A stretch of 64,000 nt of DNA, taken from the NCBI GenBank assembly GCA_963667255.1, contig OY762940.1, positions 576,001 through 640,000 of the forward strand, given 5' to 3'. The notes beneath the pieces were generated by a model. The model made no database searches. It had not been told where the DNA came from and saw only the letters and a program-made list of their open reading frames with translations. This DNA comes from Candidatus Cloacimonadota bacterium (lineage in GTDB: Bacteria; Cloacimonadota; Cloacimonadia; G963667145). Made by a program: the position numbers and the translations under genes. Shown piece after piece: positions 29,201-39,027 of the stretch (the first letter of the stretch is position 1; every line of letters starts with the position of its first letter).

Positions 29201-30010
29201 TTAAATATCCAATTGAATTTTTGCCATTCGATTCAATCCGTTTAAATCTTGTGTAATCCGGCAAGTGTAACCTTGGGCGTGAGCAATTTCCGTGATTTTG
29301 TCCGCTTGAGTCGCTCCTATCTCCAAGTATAAAGCACCTTTATAGGTCAAAAATCGGTTTAATTCTGTCAATATCTTTTTGTAAAAATAAAGTCCGTTAT
29401 CCTCAGCCAATAGAGCCGTTTGCGGTTCAAAATTTTTTATCTGCTTTTCAAGGGTCGAATACTCGATTTTGCCGATATATGGCGGGTTGGAAACGATGAT
29501 GTCGTATTTTCTCGTGACATTGGAAAAGATATTGCTCTGGGAAAATTTAATGTTAGCATCGTGAATGGAGGCGTTTTCTTTGGCGATAGTCATCGGATGA
29601 ATGTCCACGGCATCTACTTGGGAATTTGCTAAATGCAGAGCCAAAGAAATTGCGATACAGCCACTTCCAGTGCCGATATCCAAAATCCTCAGATTTTGTT
29701 TGTGCTTGTTGTCGTTTATGATTTCGTCCACTAAAAGTTCAGTTTCCGGTCTCGGAATTAACACGGTTTCATCGACCTTGTATTCTCTATCATAAAAATA
29801 GCTGTGTCCGAAAATATATTGCAATGGCTCGTCTGTTTTCCGTCTGGCAACAATTTCCGTGAATTTGTCCCACAAATCCGAAGAAACAGGATGGTCTTTT
29901 TGAAACTCAATTTCGTTGTAATTCAGTCCGGTCAATTCTCGCAAGATGTAGAAAATCTCAGCTCTTGGCAATTCCGTGCTTTGTAGAGCATCACTAAAGG
30001 TTTTGTTCAC
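29201..30010 (-). CDS. prmC: Release factor glutamine methyltransferase
   Basis: EPLQYI.G, VLIPRPETE, LDIGTGSG, SNPPY. Confidence 0.95.
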   Translation of the reverse strand: MNKTFSDALQSTELPRAEIFYILRELTGLNYNEIEFQKDHPVSSDLWDKFTEIVARRKTDEPLQYIFGHSYFYDREYKVDETVLIPRPETELLVDEIINDNKHKQNLRILDIGTGSGCIAISLALHLANSQVDAVDIHPMTIAKENASIHDANIKFSQSNIFSNVTRKYDIIVSNPPYIGKIEYSTLEKQIKNFEPQTALLAEDNGLYFYKKILTELNRFLTYKGALYLEIGATQADKITEIAHAQGYTCRITQDLNGLNRMAKIQLDI

Positions 30011-30899
30011 TCAAATCCTTTTCCAGATTGAAAGCGGCGATAGCTCCGTCCGCAGCGGCTGTCACCACTTGTCGCAAAGACTTTTGGCAGATATCTCCCG
30101 CAGCGTAGATTAGCGGAACATTGGTTTTTTGGTCTTTGTCAGTAACGATAAATCCTCGCTCATCGAGAGTGATAAAATCTTTAATCAGAGCGGTTTGCGG
30201 TTGAGTGCCGGCATAGATGAAAACTCCGTCTGTGTTTAGGTCGCTTTTTTTGCCAGTCTTCACATTTTTAAGATTTATGGTAGAGACTTTGTCATCGCCA
30301 TCTATTTTTTCCACAATTGAGTCCCAAACAAACTCTATCTTCTCGTTTTTCTTCGCTCTTTCCCCAATAATTTTAGTCGCTCTGAGTTGATTGCGACGAT
30401 GGATAATGTAAACTTTTGTCGCAAATTTGGTCAAAAAAAGAGCTTCCTCTACGGCAGCATCGCCTCCTCCGACTACAGCGACGACCTTGCCTTTGTAAAA
30501 CATTCCGTCGCAAGTGGCACAATAGGACACACCTCTTCCGGTGAATTTCTCTTCCCCTGGCACATTGAGCTTTGCGGCTTTGGCACCCATAGCGAGGATT
30601 ATTCCTTGGCAATTGTAGGCTTGTTCGGTGGTTGTAATTTTGCCTTTTTCGATTTTGGTAACCTCTTCGTTTTTGATTTCGCAGCCAAAATTTTCTGCTT
30701 GTTTGCGGAAGATGTCAGTCAGCGAAAATCCGTCGCCACTTGGATAACCCGGGTAGTTTTCGATGTCGGCAGTTTGCGTGATTTGTCCTCCGGTGATGCC
30801 CGATTCCAAAATCAAGGTTTTCAGACCGCCTCTCGCAGCGTAAATTCCCGCTGTTAGTCCGGCAGGTCCTCCGCCGACAATTATCAAATCAAAATCCAT
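29994..30899 (-). CDS. trxB: Thioredoxin-disulfide reductase
   Basis: GGGPAG, ENYPG, GVSYCATCDG, GGGD.A.EEA, AAGD. Confidence 0.96.
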   Translation of the reverse strand: MDFDLIIVGGGPAGLTAGIYAARGGLKTLILESGITGGQITQTADIENYPGYPSGDGFSLTDIFRKQAENFGCEIKNEEVTKIEKGKITTTEQAYNCQGIILAMGAKAAKLNVPGEEKFTGRGVSYCATCDGMFYKGKVVAVVGGGDAAVEEALFLTKFATKVYIIHRRNQLRATKIIGERAKKNEKIEFVWDSIVEKIDGDDKVSTINLKNVKTGKKSDLNTDGVFIYAGTQPQTALIKDFITLDERGFIVTDKDQKTNVPLIYAAGDICQKSLRQVVTAAADGAIAAFNLEKDLSEQNL

Positions 30900-30909
30900 T
30901 TGGCTCTCC

Positions 30910-31173
30910 TTATTGTTTCACTTTAATGATAACTTGCTGATTTGCAGGAAATTCCATTCCGCCAATGCTGTCCAATTTTGTGTTAATAATTTTGCTCCCT
31001 TCGGAGTTGACAGCTTCTATTTGAGCATTGTTCAGATTTTTGGATTTCCCCACAAAAATTAGTTTATCAGGCTCGGAATTTTCGCTTTCTTTCTCGGTTT
31101 GGAGCATCAAATCGCATGCACAAATGAGTAGCGTTAGTAAAATGCAGATAGCTAAAAGCGGTTTCAGTTTCAT
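30910..31173 (-). CDS. Small putative lipoprotein
   Basis: MKLK, hydrophobic stretch, ICAC lipobox-like motif. In operon. Confidence 0.65.
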   Translation of the reverse strand: MKLKPLLAICILLTLLICACDLMLQTEKESENSEPDKLIFVGKSKNLNNAQIEAVNSEGSKIINTKLDSIGGMEFPANQQVIIKVKQ

Positions 31174-31175
31174 TG

Positions 31176-32162
31176 CTAATTGATTTTGAAATTTTCCACT
31201 TCGCTGTCACTCATTTTGGTTGTGGTTGTCGTAGCAAAATCGGTTCCCAACGCACCGTAGTAAATTTCCGTTTCCTGATTTTCGCTGACTTTGTTGCAAT
31301 AGCGGAGCAAAATTCCTCCGCACAATTTCACGAGATTCAAGTCAATTTCATCTCTTGACTGGACAATCCCGAGAGGCGAAGCAAAATTCTTCGCTCTGAT
31401 TGCAAACTCTCCTGTGCCGTTTTTTGTCAGGTAGTTGTTTTCGCCTTGGCTTTTGCCGAGAACAAATTTAGCGTTTTCGTTTATGCGGAAATGACGACCC
31501 AAGTTCAAGAAGGTTAAATTTCTTTTGTCCAACATACCATAATCCATAATGTCTCGCAACCTCTTGCAATAGCCGATATCAGTGAGCAAACAGCCACCAG
31601 CGGATGAGGGTATCGAGGGCAAATTGAATTTTTCGGCTAACTCGTATTGTTTCTTGCGCGAGCGACCAGAGATGTCCAAGAGTTTTTCTTTATCCACAAG
31701 TCCGTCCAAAATCGGCTTTGTGTCGGGCAAGATTTTTTGCGAAAGAGGACGAATAATATACTCCCTAACTTTGCTGATTTTGTCCACAGCAGCCAGAGAG
31801 TTCTTGGTTTGCGACATCGGTCGCTGAGAGACCACCTCTCCGCTACAGATGAAGGCGGCGTTTTCTTCCAGCATAATTTCGTTCGCTTTATTTAGCATCA
31901 TCCCATGACAGTTGATGCACGGATTGAGGTTCTTCCCATAGCCGTAACTGGGACTTTTCAGCATCTCTAGATATTCGTCCGTAATATCCACTATTTTGAT
32001 GCGAAAACTGTTTTCTTTGGCGATTTTTATGGCATTGTTCGGAGGAAAAAATGGAGTGGAAAAGCAGACAGGAATTACTTCAAATCCCAAATCTTGCATA
32101 AGATAAACGATGAGAATGCTGTCCAATCCTCCGGAAAATAGGGAAATAACTTTTGGTTTCAT
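31176..32162 (-). CDS. ThiI/MnmA-like PP-loop tRNA sulfurtransferase (DUF814-associated type)
   Basis: SGGLDS PP-loop, NPCINCH, GEV..QRPMSQ, GRSRK.Q, AGGCLLTD, GRHFR. Confidence 0.8.
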   Translation of the reverse strand: MKPKVISLFSGGLDSILIVYLMQDLGFEVIPVCFSTPFFPPNNAIKIAKENSFRIKIVDITDEYLEMLKSPSYGYGKNLNPCINCHGMMLNKANEIMLEENAAFICSGEVVSQRPMSQTKNSLAAVDKISKVREYIIRPLSQKILPDTKPILDGLVDKEKLLDISGRSRKKQYELAEKFNLPSIPSSAGGCLLTDIGYCKRLRDIMDYGMLDKRNLTFLNLGRHFRINENAKFVLGKSQGENNYLTKNGTGEFAIRAKNFASPLGIVQSRDEIDLNLVKLCGGILLRYCNKVSENQETEIYYGALGTDFATTTTTKMSDSEVENFKIN

Positions 32163-32256
32163 TAATTTTGACCTCGACTAACCTCAACAAGAGTCTTGTG
32201 CAAAAGAAAGATGTCAAATATTTTGTTAGCTATGCAGTAATATTTGCGGGGTATTT

Positions 32257-34206
32257 CTATTTTCTATCACTATTCTGCTCATAATCTTCCATTCTATTGA
32301 ATGAATACTCATATTCGTAGCTCATGGGGACGATTTCGTTGTAATCGGCGATGGTTGCGTTGGACAAGCAAGCCTCAATAATCCGCTTGCCCGTCAGCAA
32401 TAAATCGTCTTTAAGATATTTTTGCAATTCTGTTTTGAAAAACTCTTGGAGTATTTCTGCTCCAGCATCGTAGCCTTCGTATCCGACCTCCGATTGCGTG
32501 TAAACTTTGAAGAATCTTGAAGGTATTTTTGAGCCTTCAAGTGTGAGATAATTTAATTCATAACCCAAGAGAGGACAACGGGCAGCTTGGTATTGGTCAG
32601 GCTTTAGGCGTGCAACACCTCTTCTGGTTAGGTATTCTCGCATCAAGAGTTGTGGTTTAAATCCAACATTCCAAACACCAATATTTTGGTTAGGAACTAA
32701 GGTGAAAGTGGTGCGGGGAGTTTCGATGATTTGCTTCAACAGCATATTTGCGTGTGGCACTCGTTTCCCGGTAGCAAATGGCCAGTATGAACCAACGCCC
32801 TCGCTTTCCATTTTCCCCGAACTCACAATGCTCGGGTTGTCATGCCCACGAGGTGCAACAAGTCTCCAAAGCCAAGCCAAAGCCGGAGGCAAGATGTGAA
32901 ACATTCCGATAATTCCATACGACGGATTTTCCTTTGAACAAACAGGCGTGCGTATACCAAAGCTCCTAATATCGACAGAAACAGGCTTGTTTACTATATT
33001 CGGGACTATCTCACGCGGGATGACCACTCTTGGGTTGGGACACGACTTCCCAGGCTCATCTTGTATGTGTTCCCAAATCAAAGCCGTGGAACTCGGTGTG
33101 GTTTCAATATTTAAAAACAATAGCGGGGAAGATGGACTGAGTGTTGTTTTTTCCAAAGTAGGGTCATCGCCATATTGCTTAACACTGTCAACTCGCACAA
33201 ACCAAGCGTTTTCGGCATCAATTATGCTAAGCTTCCCGTCTTTCCCTTGAAGCGAAGGATGGCAAAAAGCCATATCGTCCGCAACTGCGTTGAATGAGCA
33301 AAAGCGAGGTATGGAGATAAATCTTTCTTCAGAGGTTACAAGATTTTTGCCCAACGACACGCTGCCATCATATTCTCGCAGAATATGCTGATGCATTTCG
33401 CTTTTTCCTCCGCCACTGGCACCTTCGTGCATAAATGTGGTTAAGTTGTCGTAAGGGCTTATCGATTGCACAGCCGAACAGTGAGCGATTACCCACTCCT
33501 CTTTTTCGGCATGGTTGAGCATTACGCCGTAAAGCCCTTTCTTGGCACTTGGTCCAGGATATAGATTATAAGAGTAAAGTTCGTGAACTGTTTCGGTGCG
33601 GTTGTGGACAACGACCTGTTTCCCGTCAAAATGAGTATGCCTAAATATAGGTGCAACGAAGATTACCGATTTCAATTCATCTTTGCCCTCCAACTTATCT
33701 ACGGGGACTATTTTTTGGAGCATCGACAAGCCAAGAGCAAAAAATGCCGCATTTGCCGGAGTGATAGCTATTCCTATCGAGCCGATATTTTCTCTGCCTG
33801 CAAAATAGAAGAAAACAGCCAAATCTTGTTTTTTCAACCAATCAAAAGTCTCTGTTTGCAAGCCGGAAAATTCGTAGCCATATTTATCGACAAATCGCTT
33901 TTTATCTGTAGGACTATTATCAGCGATAGCCATTGTGTTAGGGTCTCTGCGACGCATATACGCTTCGGTATAGTTAGCCGAAATACCGTTTTTCACTCGC
34001 TGGACAACAGCCTCCGTAAAAAGACCTTTCCCTGGAACATCGTATTGAACTTCATACTGCATATTCTCTTTGCCGTTAGTGGATGCAACGGCCAACTCTT
34101 CGCAGGTATTGAATACGGTATAGCTTTTGCACTCACTCAATAATTTTGAGATATTGTCCGGCACAATAATATTTTTATCTTTTAAGATAGTTAATAAATT
34201 GTTCAT
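32257..34206 (-). CDS. DUF4914 family protein (PEP-carboxykinase-like motifs)
   Basis: NY.E.YMRRRDP, YNLYPGPSAKKG.YG, HEGASGGGKSEM, LWRLVAPRG..NPSI, SEGVGSYWPFATG. Start at ATG 34206 after a GAGG RBS. Confidence 0.85.
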   Translation of the reverse strand: MNNLLTILKDKNIIVPDNISKLLSECKSYTVFNTCEELAVASTNGKENMQYEVQYDVPGKGLFTEAVVQRVKNGISANYTEAYMRRRDPNTMAIADNSPTDKKRFVDKYGYEFSGLQTETFDWLKKQDLAVFFYFAGRENIGSIGIAITPANAAFFALGLSMLQKIVPVDKLEGKDELKSVIFVAPIFRHTHFDGKQVVVHNRTETVHELYSYNLYPGPSAKKGLYGVMLNHAEKEEWVIAHCSAVQSISPYDNLTTFMHEGASGGGKSEMHQHILREYDGSVSLGKNLVTSEERFISIPRFCSFNAVADDMAFCHPSLQGKDGKLSIIDAENAWFVRVDSVKQYGDDPTLEKTTLSPSSPLLFLNIETTPSSTALIWEHIQDEPGKSCPNPRVVIPREIVPNIVNKPVSVDIRSFGIRTPVCSKENPSYGIIGMFHILPPALAWLWRLVAPRGHDNPSIVSSGKMESEGVGSYWPFATGKRVPHANMLLKQIIETPRTTFTLVPNQNIGVWNVGFKPQLLMREYLTRRGVARLKPDQYQAARCPLLGYELNYLTLEGSKIPSRFFKVYTQSEVGYEGYDAGAEILQEFFKTELQKYLKDDLLLTGKRIIEACLSNATIADYNEIVPMSYEYEYSFNRMEDYEQNSDRK

Positions 34207-34368
34207 TTTAAACCTCTTACAAATGCTTTGAAAAAATTTTGTTTTGTTAATGCTCACAGTCAGTGGCGTTCAAATTTTTGAACTCCTAAACGAAATCAAC
34301 CTAAAAATAGGTCAATGATTTTTTGTGAAAGTATGTTAGAAATGAGTCAATTCCGTGTGTTGATTGAG

Positions 34369-35418
34369 TTAAAACAGTCTCAACATCTCCAAATCCGCAC
34401 AAATTTTGAGCGAATAGGAATAGTTCAACTCTTTGTTTTTCAGATTGTAAACATTATCCAAGCAGAATTGAAAATCTATTTTGTCGCTGATGGCAAGGTT
34501 GTAATTGTAGAACAAGGAGATATTTTGCAAATATTCGTTTTTGTTGTCGGCTTCGGTGGTCGTCCAAAAAAGCCGGCTTCCTTGGGAGCAGTAAAAATTG
34601 TCGGCATAAAAATAGGACAAAACGATTTTGGTATTTTGGTAATGAAAATTGCCGAGAAGATAAACTCCGTTGCCCTCACTGGCTTTCAATCTTTTCACAC
34701 TGGTGGCTTCGCTGAAACGGAGGTAGTAGCCTTCCAAGTCAAAATAGTCGCCGAATGAATAGCCAAGCCCTTGTGCCAGAGAGAAAATCGATTGAATGGG
34801 AGCATCTTGCAGGGAGTCGTTTATCACGATTTTCGCACTGTCGATTTCTCCGCCTTGATGAGTGATAACTCCTTGAAAGGGAAAGTATAAGTTGCCGATG
34901 AGCTTGCTTTTGCCACTATAGCCAACCGCAAATTTTTCTTGTTTGGCGGAAGCGGGAAAGATGAACTCTTGCCAATCGAGCCAAAGTTCAATTTTGCCGA
35001 TAGAGTTATCAAATTTGAATTTCACTCCGCTTTTGCTGAAATCTTCAAAATCTTTTTCTTTTTCGGAGAGGGGAGCAATTTGCTTTCCGTCGGGGGAAAA
35101 ATTCCCCAATGAGGCAGAAAAGTTGTCGCCGAGTTTGACTTCCATTCCCAAAAATGGAGAAGTTTTGGCAAATTTGTCGCTTCCGCTGTAGCTCAATAAG
35201 AAAGTGCCCAAAGTGATTTTGGCTCTGTTTTTATACTTGTATTCTATCGACGGAAACAAATTGTAGCCGGTAAGAGTGTAGCCCTCGGTGGTCGCATATT
35301 CGTTGTTTTTGAAGTAAGTTTCCGCTTTGAAATTCAAAGCAAGCGAATCTGTATTTTTATCAAAAGCGAACAATAAGCCAAACAGAAGAAACAGGAAAAT
35401 TAGATAGTTACGGAGCAT
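34369..35418 (-). CDS. Hypothetical outer-membrane beta-barrel protein
   Basis: Signal peptide, YFKNNEY...GYTL.G, WLDW..FIF, H.GGEID, C-terminal Phe. Confidence 0.65.
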   Translation of the reverse strand: MLRNYLIFLFLLFGLLFAFDKNTDSLALNFKAETYFKNNEYATTEGYTLTGYNLFPSIEYKYKNRAKITLGTFLLSYSGSDKFAKTSPFLGMEVKLGDNFSASLGNFSPDGKQIAPLSEKEKDFEDFSKSGVKFKFDNSIGKIELWLDWQEFIFPASAKQEKFAVGYSGKSKLIGNLYFPFQGVITHQGGEIDSAKIVINDSLQDAPIQSIFSLAQGLGYSFGDYFDLEGYYLRFSEATSVKRLKASEGNGVYLLGNFHYQNTKIVLSYFYADNFYCSQGSRLFWTTTEADNKNEYLQNISLFYNYNLAISDKIDFQFCLDNVYNLKNKELNYSYSLKICADLEMLRLF

Positions 35419-36208
35419 AAACGATTTTCAAACCCGTTTTTTCTTGATACTCTTTGTAATCTCTTCCGGAGCTTTTTTGCTTGGAATAAAAAATACCGAG
35501 CCTGGCATTGCCAATTTTGTAGGTTAATGATGTGCTTCCATTGATAGAATTTTCGTAATCTTCGTCTATGTAAGCCAATTCTCCGGAAAAGCAAAATTTC
35601 TGGAAAAAATTGTAATCGGTGGCGGTGCGAAGAAAGAATTTGAGGTCTCTGCCAGTAGCGTGATAATAGTAGCCTCCGCCGAAATAGCAAGTGATTTTTT
35701 CTGTTGGTTTGTAGCCGAAATTAAGAATAACACACTCATGGCTTATTCCTTCCAACTCTTCGTCCGTGAATTTATTTTTTAAGCTGTCTGCCCTTGATGG
35801 TGATTTTAGTAGTCCGTCCAAGTAATGGCAAGATTCGTGATACAAGGGCAAGAAATTTACTTGCCATTTTTCACTAATTGCATAAGTAAAATTTATTCCA
35901 ATAATTCCATACAAATCGTTTAAAGCATAATGTCCTCGGAGGTCGCTTGGGGCTTGGATAAACAAGTTCAGTCCGTAAAAAACATTATAAAGGCATTTAT
36001 CTTTTTTCACTGTAAAGAGATTGTTGATAACTTTGGGATTGACTTCAATTACATCGTAATAAGCGTTATAAGAGATATTTAAGTCATTGTAAGTGGATTT
36101 AGGATTTTCGAGACATTGGTAGGCAAAAATATTTGCACTTCCTACTAACAACACAAAAAACAACAGATGCTTTTTGTAAGCAAACTTTGGGAAATTCATT
36201 GAATTCAC
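35408..36208 (-). CDS. Hypothetical exported, probably outer-membrane, protein
   Basis: Signal-like N-terminus, aromatic amphipathic strands, YHESCHYLDG motif. GAAGGAG RBS before a GTG start. Confidence 0.6.
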   Translation of the reverse strand: MNSMNFPKFAYKKHLLFFVLLVGSANIFAYQCLENPKSTYNDLNISYNAYYDVIEVNPKVINNLFTVKKDKCLYNVFYGLNLFIQAPSDLRGHYALNDLYGIIGINFTYAISEKWQVNFLPLYHESCHYLDGLLKSPSRADSLKNKFTDEELEGISHECVILNFGYKPTEKITCYFGGGYYYHATGRDLKFFLRTATDYNFFQKFCFSGELAYIDEDYENSINGSTSLTYKIGNARLGIFYSKQKSSGRDYKEYQEKTGLKIVYAP

Positions 36209-36296
36209 TCCTTCTTTATAGGAGCGACACTTTTTATTTTTTGTGGATAGTCAAGACATCTTTTGGAGATTTGTGGAACTCGTCATCTCTCAAAAC

Positions 36297-36371
<75 letters not shown>

Positions 36372-36383
36372 TCTATAAGAAAT

Positions 36384-36887
36384 TTAAAAATCAACGGAAA
36401 GGCTTACCTTTTGTTCTTCCGGTTGGAACTCCAAGCGAATTTCCTTTTTCATTATGTAATAGTTGTATAGTCGTGCATCTACAAAGGCGTCCAGCATAGA
36501 ATAAAGTGTAATCCCTATAACCCAACCGATGTAACTCTGTCTTTTGTCGTAAAAGTGTTCGTAGAGAGCTTCATGTTCACTTTTCTTTATTTTTTGTAGC
36601 TCTTTGTTGTTCTCGTAGGCTTTGCCCAGATGGTGCACGAAAAGTCCTGCAACCACGAACCCTTTCAAATAACTCTTGCAATAAAACTGCCCGCCTCCGG
36701 GTATGACAGCAGAGAGGAGCAACGCTTTATACGAATTTTTTGTGTCAAAAAGATATTTCCCTTCCACCTTATTGGGACTAACGGATTTCCCGTCATCGAT
36801 TTTTTCAATTTCGTCTTTGGTGCTTTCTTGCAAACCCGACAAGATACCGAAGATTAACAAAAAAATCAGAAGTAAACTCTTTTTCAT
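36384..36887 (-). CDS. DUF5683-like membrane protein
   Basis: KALLLSAVIPGGGQFY...Y.K, YS.LDAFVDA.L. Confidence 0.75.
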   Translation of the reverse strand: MKKSLLLIFLLIFGILSGLQESTKDEIEKIDDGKSVSPNKVEGKYLFDTKNSYKALLLSAVIPGGGQFYCKSYLKGFVVAGLFVHHLGKAYENNKELQKIKKSEHEALYEHFYDKRQSYIGWVIGITLYSMLDAFVDARLYNYYIMKKEIRLEFQPEEQKVSLSVDF

Positions 36888-37411
36888 CCCAAGTAGCGTT
36901 CCTGTTCGCTATAGATGCACCCGCAATATTGCTGACGATACATTTCTTCCTGCTTGGACATTTCTATGCCTTCTTTCCAATAAACTCTCAAATCAGTGTC
37001 CAAAAATTCGACACCATATTTTTTGGCAAGATTTTTGCCAATTTCCACGATTTTATCGTGATTTTGGAACTTGCTATACAAAAGAGTCGTGGAGAAGTAG
37101 TCGAAGTTTCCGTTTTTGGCAACAATTGCAGTGTATCTCAGCCTTTCGTAATAACAAATTACACAGCGACTATTTTCTCGGAAACACATTTTTTGCAAGA
37201 AATTGTTCACTTCATATTCGTCCTTGATAATCGATTTTATCCTGTTTTCCCCAACAAAATTCTTGAGACAGTTCAACCGTTTTTCGTATTCCGTGTAGGG
37301 ATGAATATTGAAATTCGACCAAAAAGCGGTGATGTCAAACTCCTCTCGCAGATGATGATAGGGAGCAATAAAGCACGGAGCACAGCAGACATGCATCAAA
37401 AGCGATTTCAT
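36884..37411 (-). CDS. queH: Epoxyqueuosine reductase QueH (DUF208)
   Basis: LLMHVCCAPC, NIHP..EY..R, RC..CY..RL, FSTTL..S, MYRQ.YCGC.YS. Confidence 0.93.
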   Translation of the reverse strand: MKSLLMHVCCAPCFIAPYHHLREEFDITAFWSNFNIHPYTEYEKRLNCLKNFVGENRIKSIIKDEYEVNNFLQKMCFRENSRCVICYYERLRYTAIVAKNGNFDYFSTTLLYSKFQNHDKIVEIGKNLAKKYGVEFLDTDLRVYWKEGIEMSKQEEMYRQQYCGCIYSEQERYLG

Positions 37412-37530
37412 TTTTTGTCTATCAAAATTAGCGGTTTCGCCCCGAATCTATTCAGCAGGCGATTCCCGATGATGATGTCCGCACAGGCTATTAGCAATAG
37501 AATATACAGTTTTTTTCGATTAATTTTCAT
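37408..37530 (-). CDS. Unannotated 40-aa small ORF with a lipobox-like signal
   Basis: MKINRKKLYILLLIACADIIIGNRLLNRFGAKPLILIDKK. Start overlaps the HAD phosphatase end; TGA overlaps the queH ATG (ATGA). Confidence 0.5.
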   Translation of the reverse strand: MKINRKKLYILLLIACADIIIGNRLLNRFGAKPLILIDKK

Positions 37531-38017
37531 CTTTCTTCAATTTCAAAAATGGCTTGATTGCCTTTTCGCAAATTCTCCAAAATTTTGTAAGAAAAAACTC
37601 TTTTTTCCGTAGAGGGTCCAAAAGAATTGTGGTCAAGTTTAGATTGTTGGCAAAGTAAATATCCGTAATGAGATTGTCGCCGATGAACAGAGTTTTTTCG
37701 GGATTTATTTTCTCGCTGATGATTGTTTGGACTGCACTCTTTGTGCAGGGTTTGTGACAATTTCCATAAGCCTTGACGGGAAGATTGGCACAACTCTTTT
37801 CTATTCTTTTTTGCTTGCCGTTGGAGAAAACGAAGAGGCGAAATTTTTTGCTCAAGGTGTTCAGTTTCTGGGCAATTTTATAAGGAATTTCTCCGCTCCA
37901 AGCCGTCAGCGTGTTGTCGTAGTCGAAGATAATGGTCTCGTAGTGGACGAAGTTGCTAAAGTCGATTTTGTCCAAAGAAGAGTAGTAATGGTCTGGGCGG
38001 AATTTGTCGAGTATCAT
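37520..38017 (-). CDS. YqeG family HAD IIIA phosphatase
   Basis: FDYDNTL, FSN, HKP, IGDNLITDI..AN. Confidence 0.88.
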   Translation of the reverse strand: MILDKFRPDHYYSSLDKIDFSNFVHYETIIFDYDNTLTAWSGEIPYKIAQKLNTLSKKFRLFVFSNGKQKRIEKSCANLPVKAYGNCHKPCTKSAVQTIISEKINPEKTLFIGDNLITDIYFANNLNLTTILLDPLRKKEFFLTKFWRICEKAIKPFLKLKKDEN

Positions 38018-38697
38018 TAATACAGATGTTCCAAAAGGTCGTTGAATAGGCTGTTTATACCGAGGCTGATGCTGTAAGTTTGGTAGGTTGTTTTGAGATT
38101 ATAATAGTCAGCATTTCCGGTTTCTTTGCCTTTGGAATCCAAAATGTTATGAGCGAAACCGGAGTTGTCGGCAGAGAAGTTCTTGAACATAAATTCTATG
38201 GAAATATCGGAAAAAACAAGAGCCCCGATGCCGAGTCCGAAATATGAACCGTCTTCTAAGTTGCCACTATTGTAAGGGCTACTGCCTTTTTGGAAGGTCA
38301 TCCCTTGATGATAAATGGCGTAACAGTCTATTTTCCCTTTGTAGTTGTAAAAATGGATATTGCTCATAAAATACACGGGAATAAAGTAAAAATCCCCGAA
38401 ACTGCCACTGGAAGTGGGGACTTGGAAATTGACACCTGCTCCCAAATCCAAAATCCAAACTCTGGAGAACAACTCTATGCCACAGGAAAAAGTGTTGTAA
38501 TCTTTGGTCTTAGGGTTAAAAGTGGAGTCAATCACAGTGGATACAGGTGTATAGTCGATGTTTAATTTTCCCGATTCCAAACTGCTCTTTGCTCGGAAAG
38601 TCAAAGGGAAACTGTCCTTGAAAATGGTTTTCAAACGACTTTCGGAATGCAACAGGCAAGCGAATGTGAATAAAATAAAGAGGGCAGTTTTTTTCAT
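38017..38697 (-). CDS. Hypothetical exported protein (porin/OMP-like)
   Basis: Signal peptide, FIPVY, YFGLG.G, alternating strands. Confidence 0.6.
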   Translation of the reverse strand: MKKTALFILFTFACLLHSESRLKTIFKDSFPLTFRAKSSLESGKLNIDYTPVSTVIDSTFNPKTKDYNTFSCGIELFSRVWILDLGAGVNFQVPTSSGSFGDFYFIPVYFMSNIHFYNYKGKIDCYAIYHQGMTFQKGSSPYNSGNLEDGSYFGLGIGALVFSDISIEFMFKNFSADNSGFAHNILDSKGKETGNADYYNLKTTYQTYSISLGINSLFNDLLEHLY

Positions 38698-38714
38698 ATA
38701 AGTTTTCTAAAAAA

Positions 38715-38791
38715 TGGCGTCCCCGGACCGATTCGAACGGTCGACCTTTTCCTTAGGAGGGAACTGCTCTATCCTACTGAGCTACGGGGAC
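38715..38791 (-). tRNA. tRNA-Arg(CCT)
   Basis: GTCCCCGTAGCTCAGTAGGATAGAGCAGTTCCCT-CCT-AAGGAAAAGGTCGACCGTTCGAATCGGTCCGGGGACGCCA. Confidence 0.95.
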
Positions 38792-39027
38792 ATAAATTGG
38801 TTCATTATTCTTTGTAGTTTGAACCAACTTCAACTCATTTTATTTTGCTTATATCAGGCAAGGAAATTTTGTTTTTTTTAGTTAAGAAATTTTTTATTGT
38901 CCATTTTTGCGAGATAGAAGAATTGTTATTTAGCTTCTCTGAAAAATGGGGGAAAAGAGTCAGCTCAAAAAACGCTTGACAGTTTACTGAAATAATCGGA
39001 CTTACTTGGCAAAAAAGTAGGGGGTGA

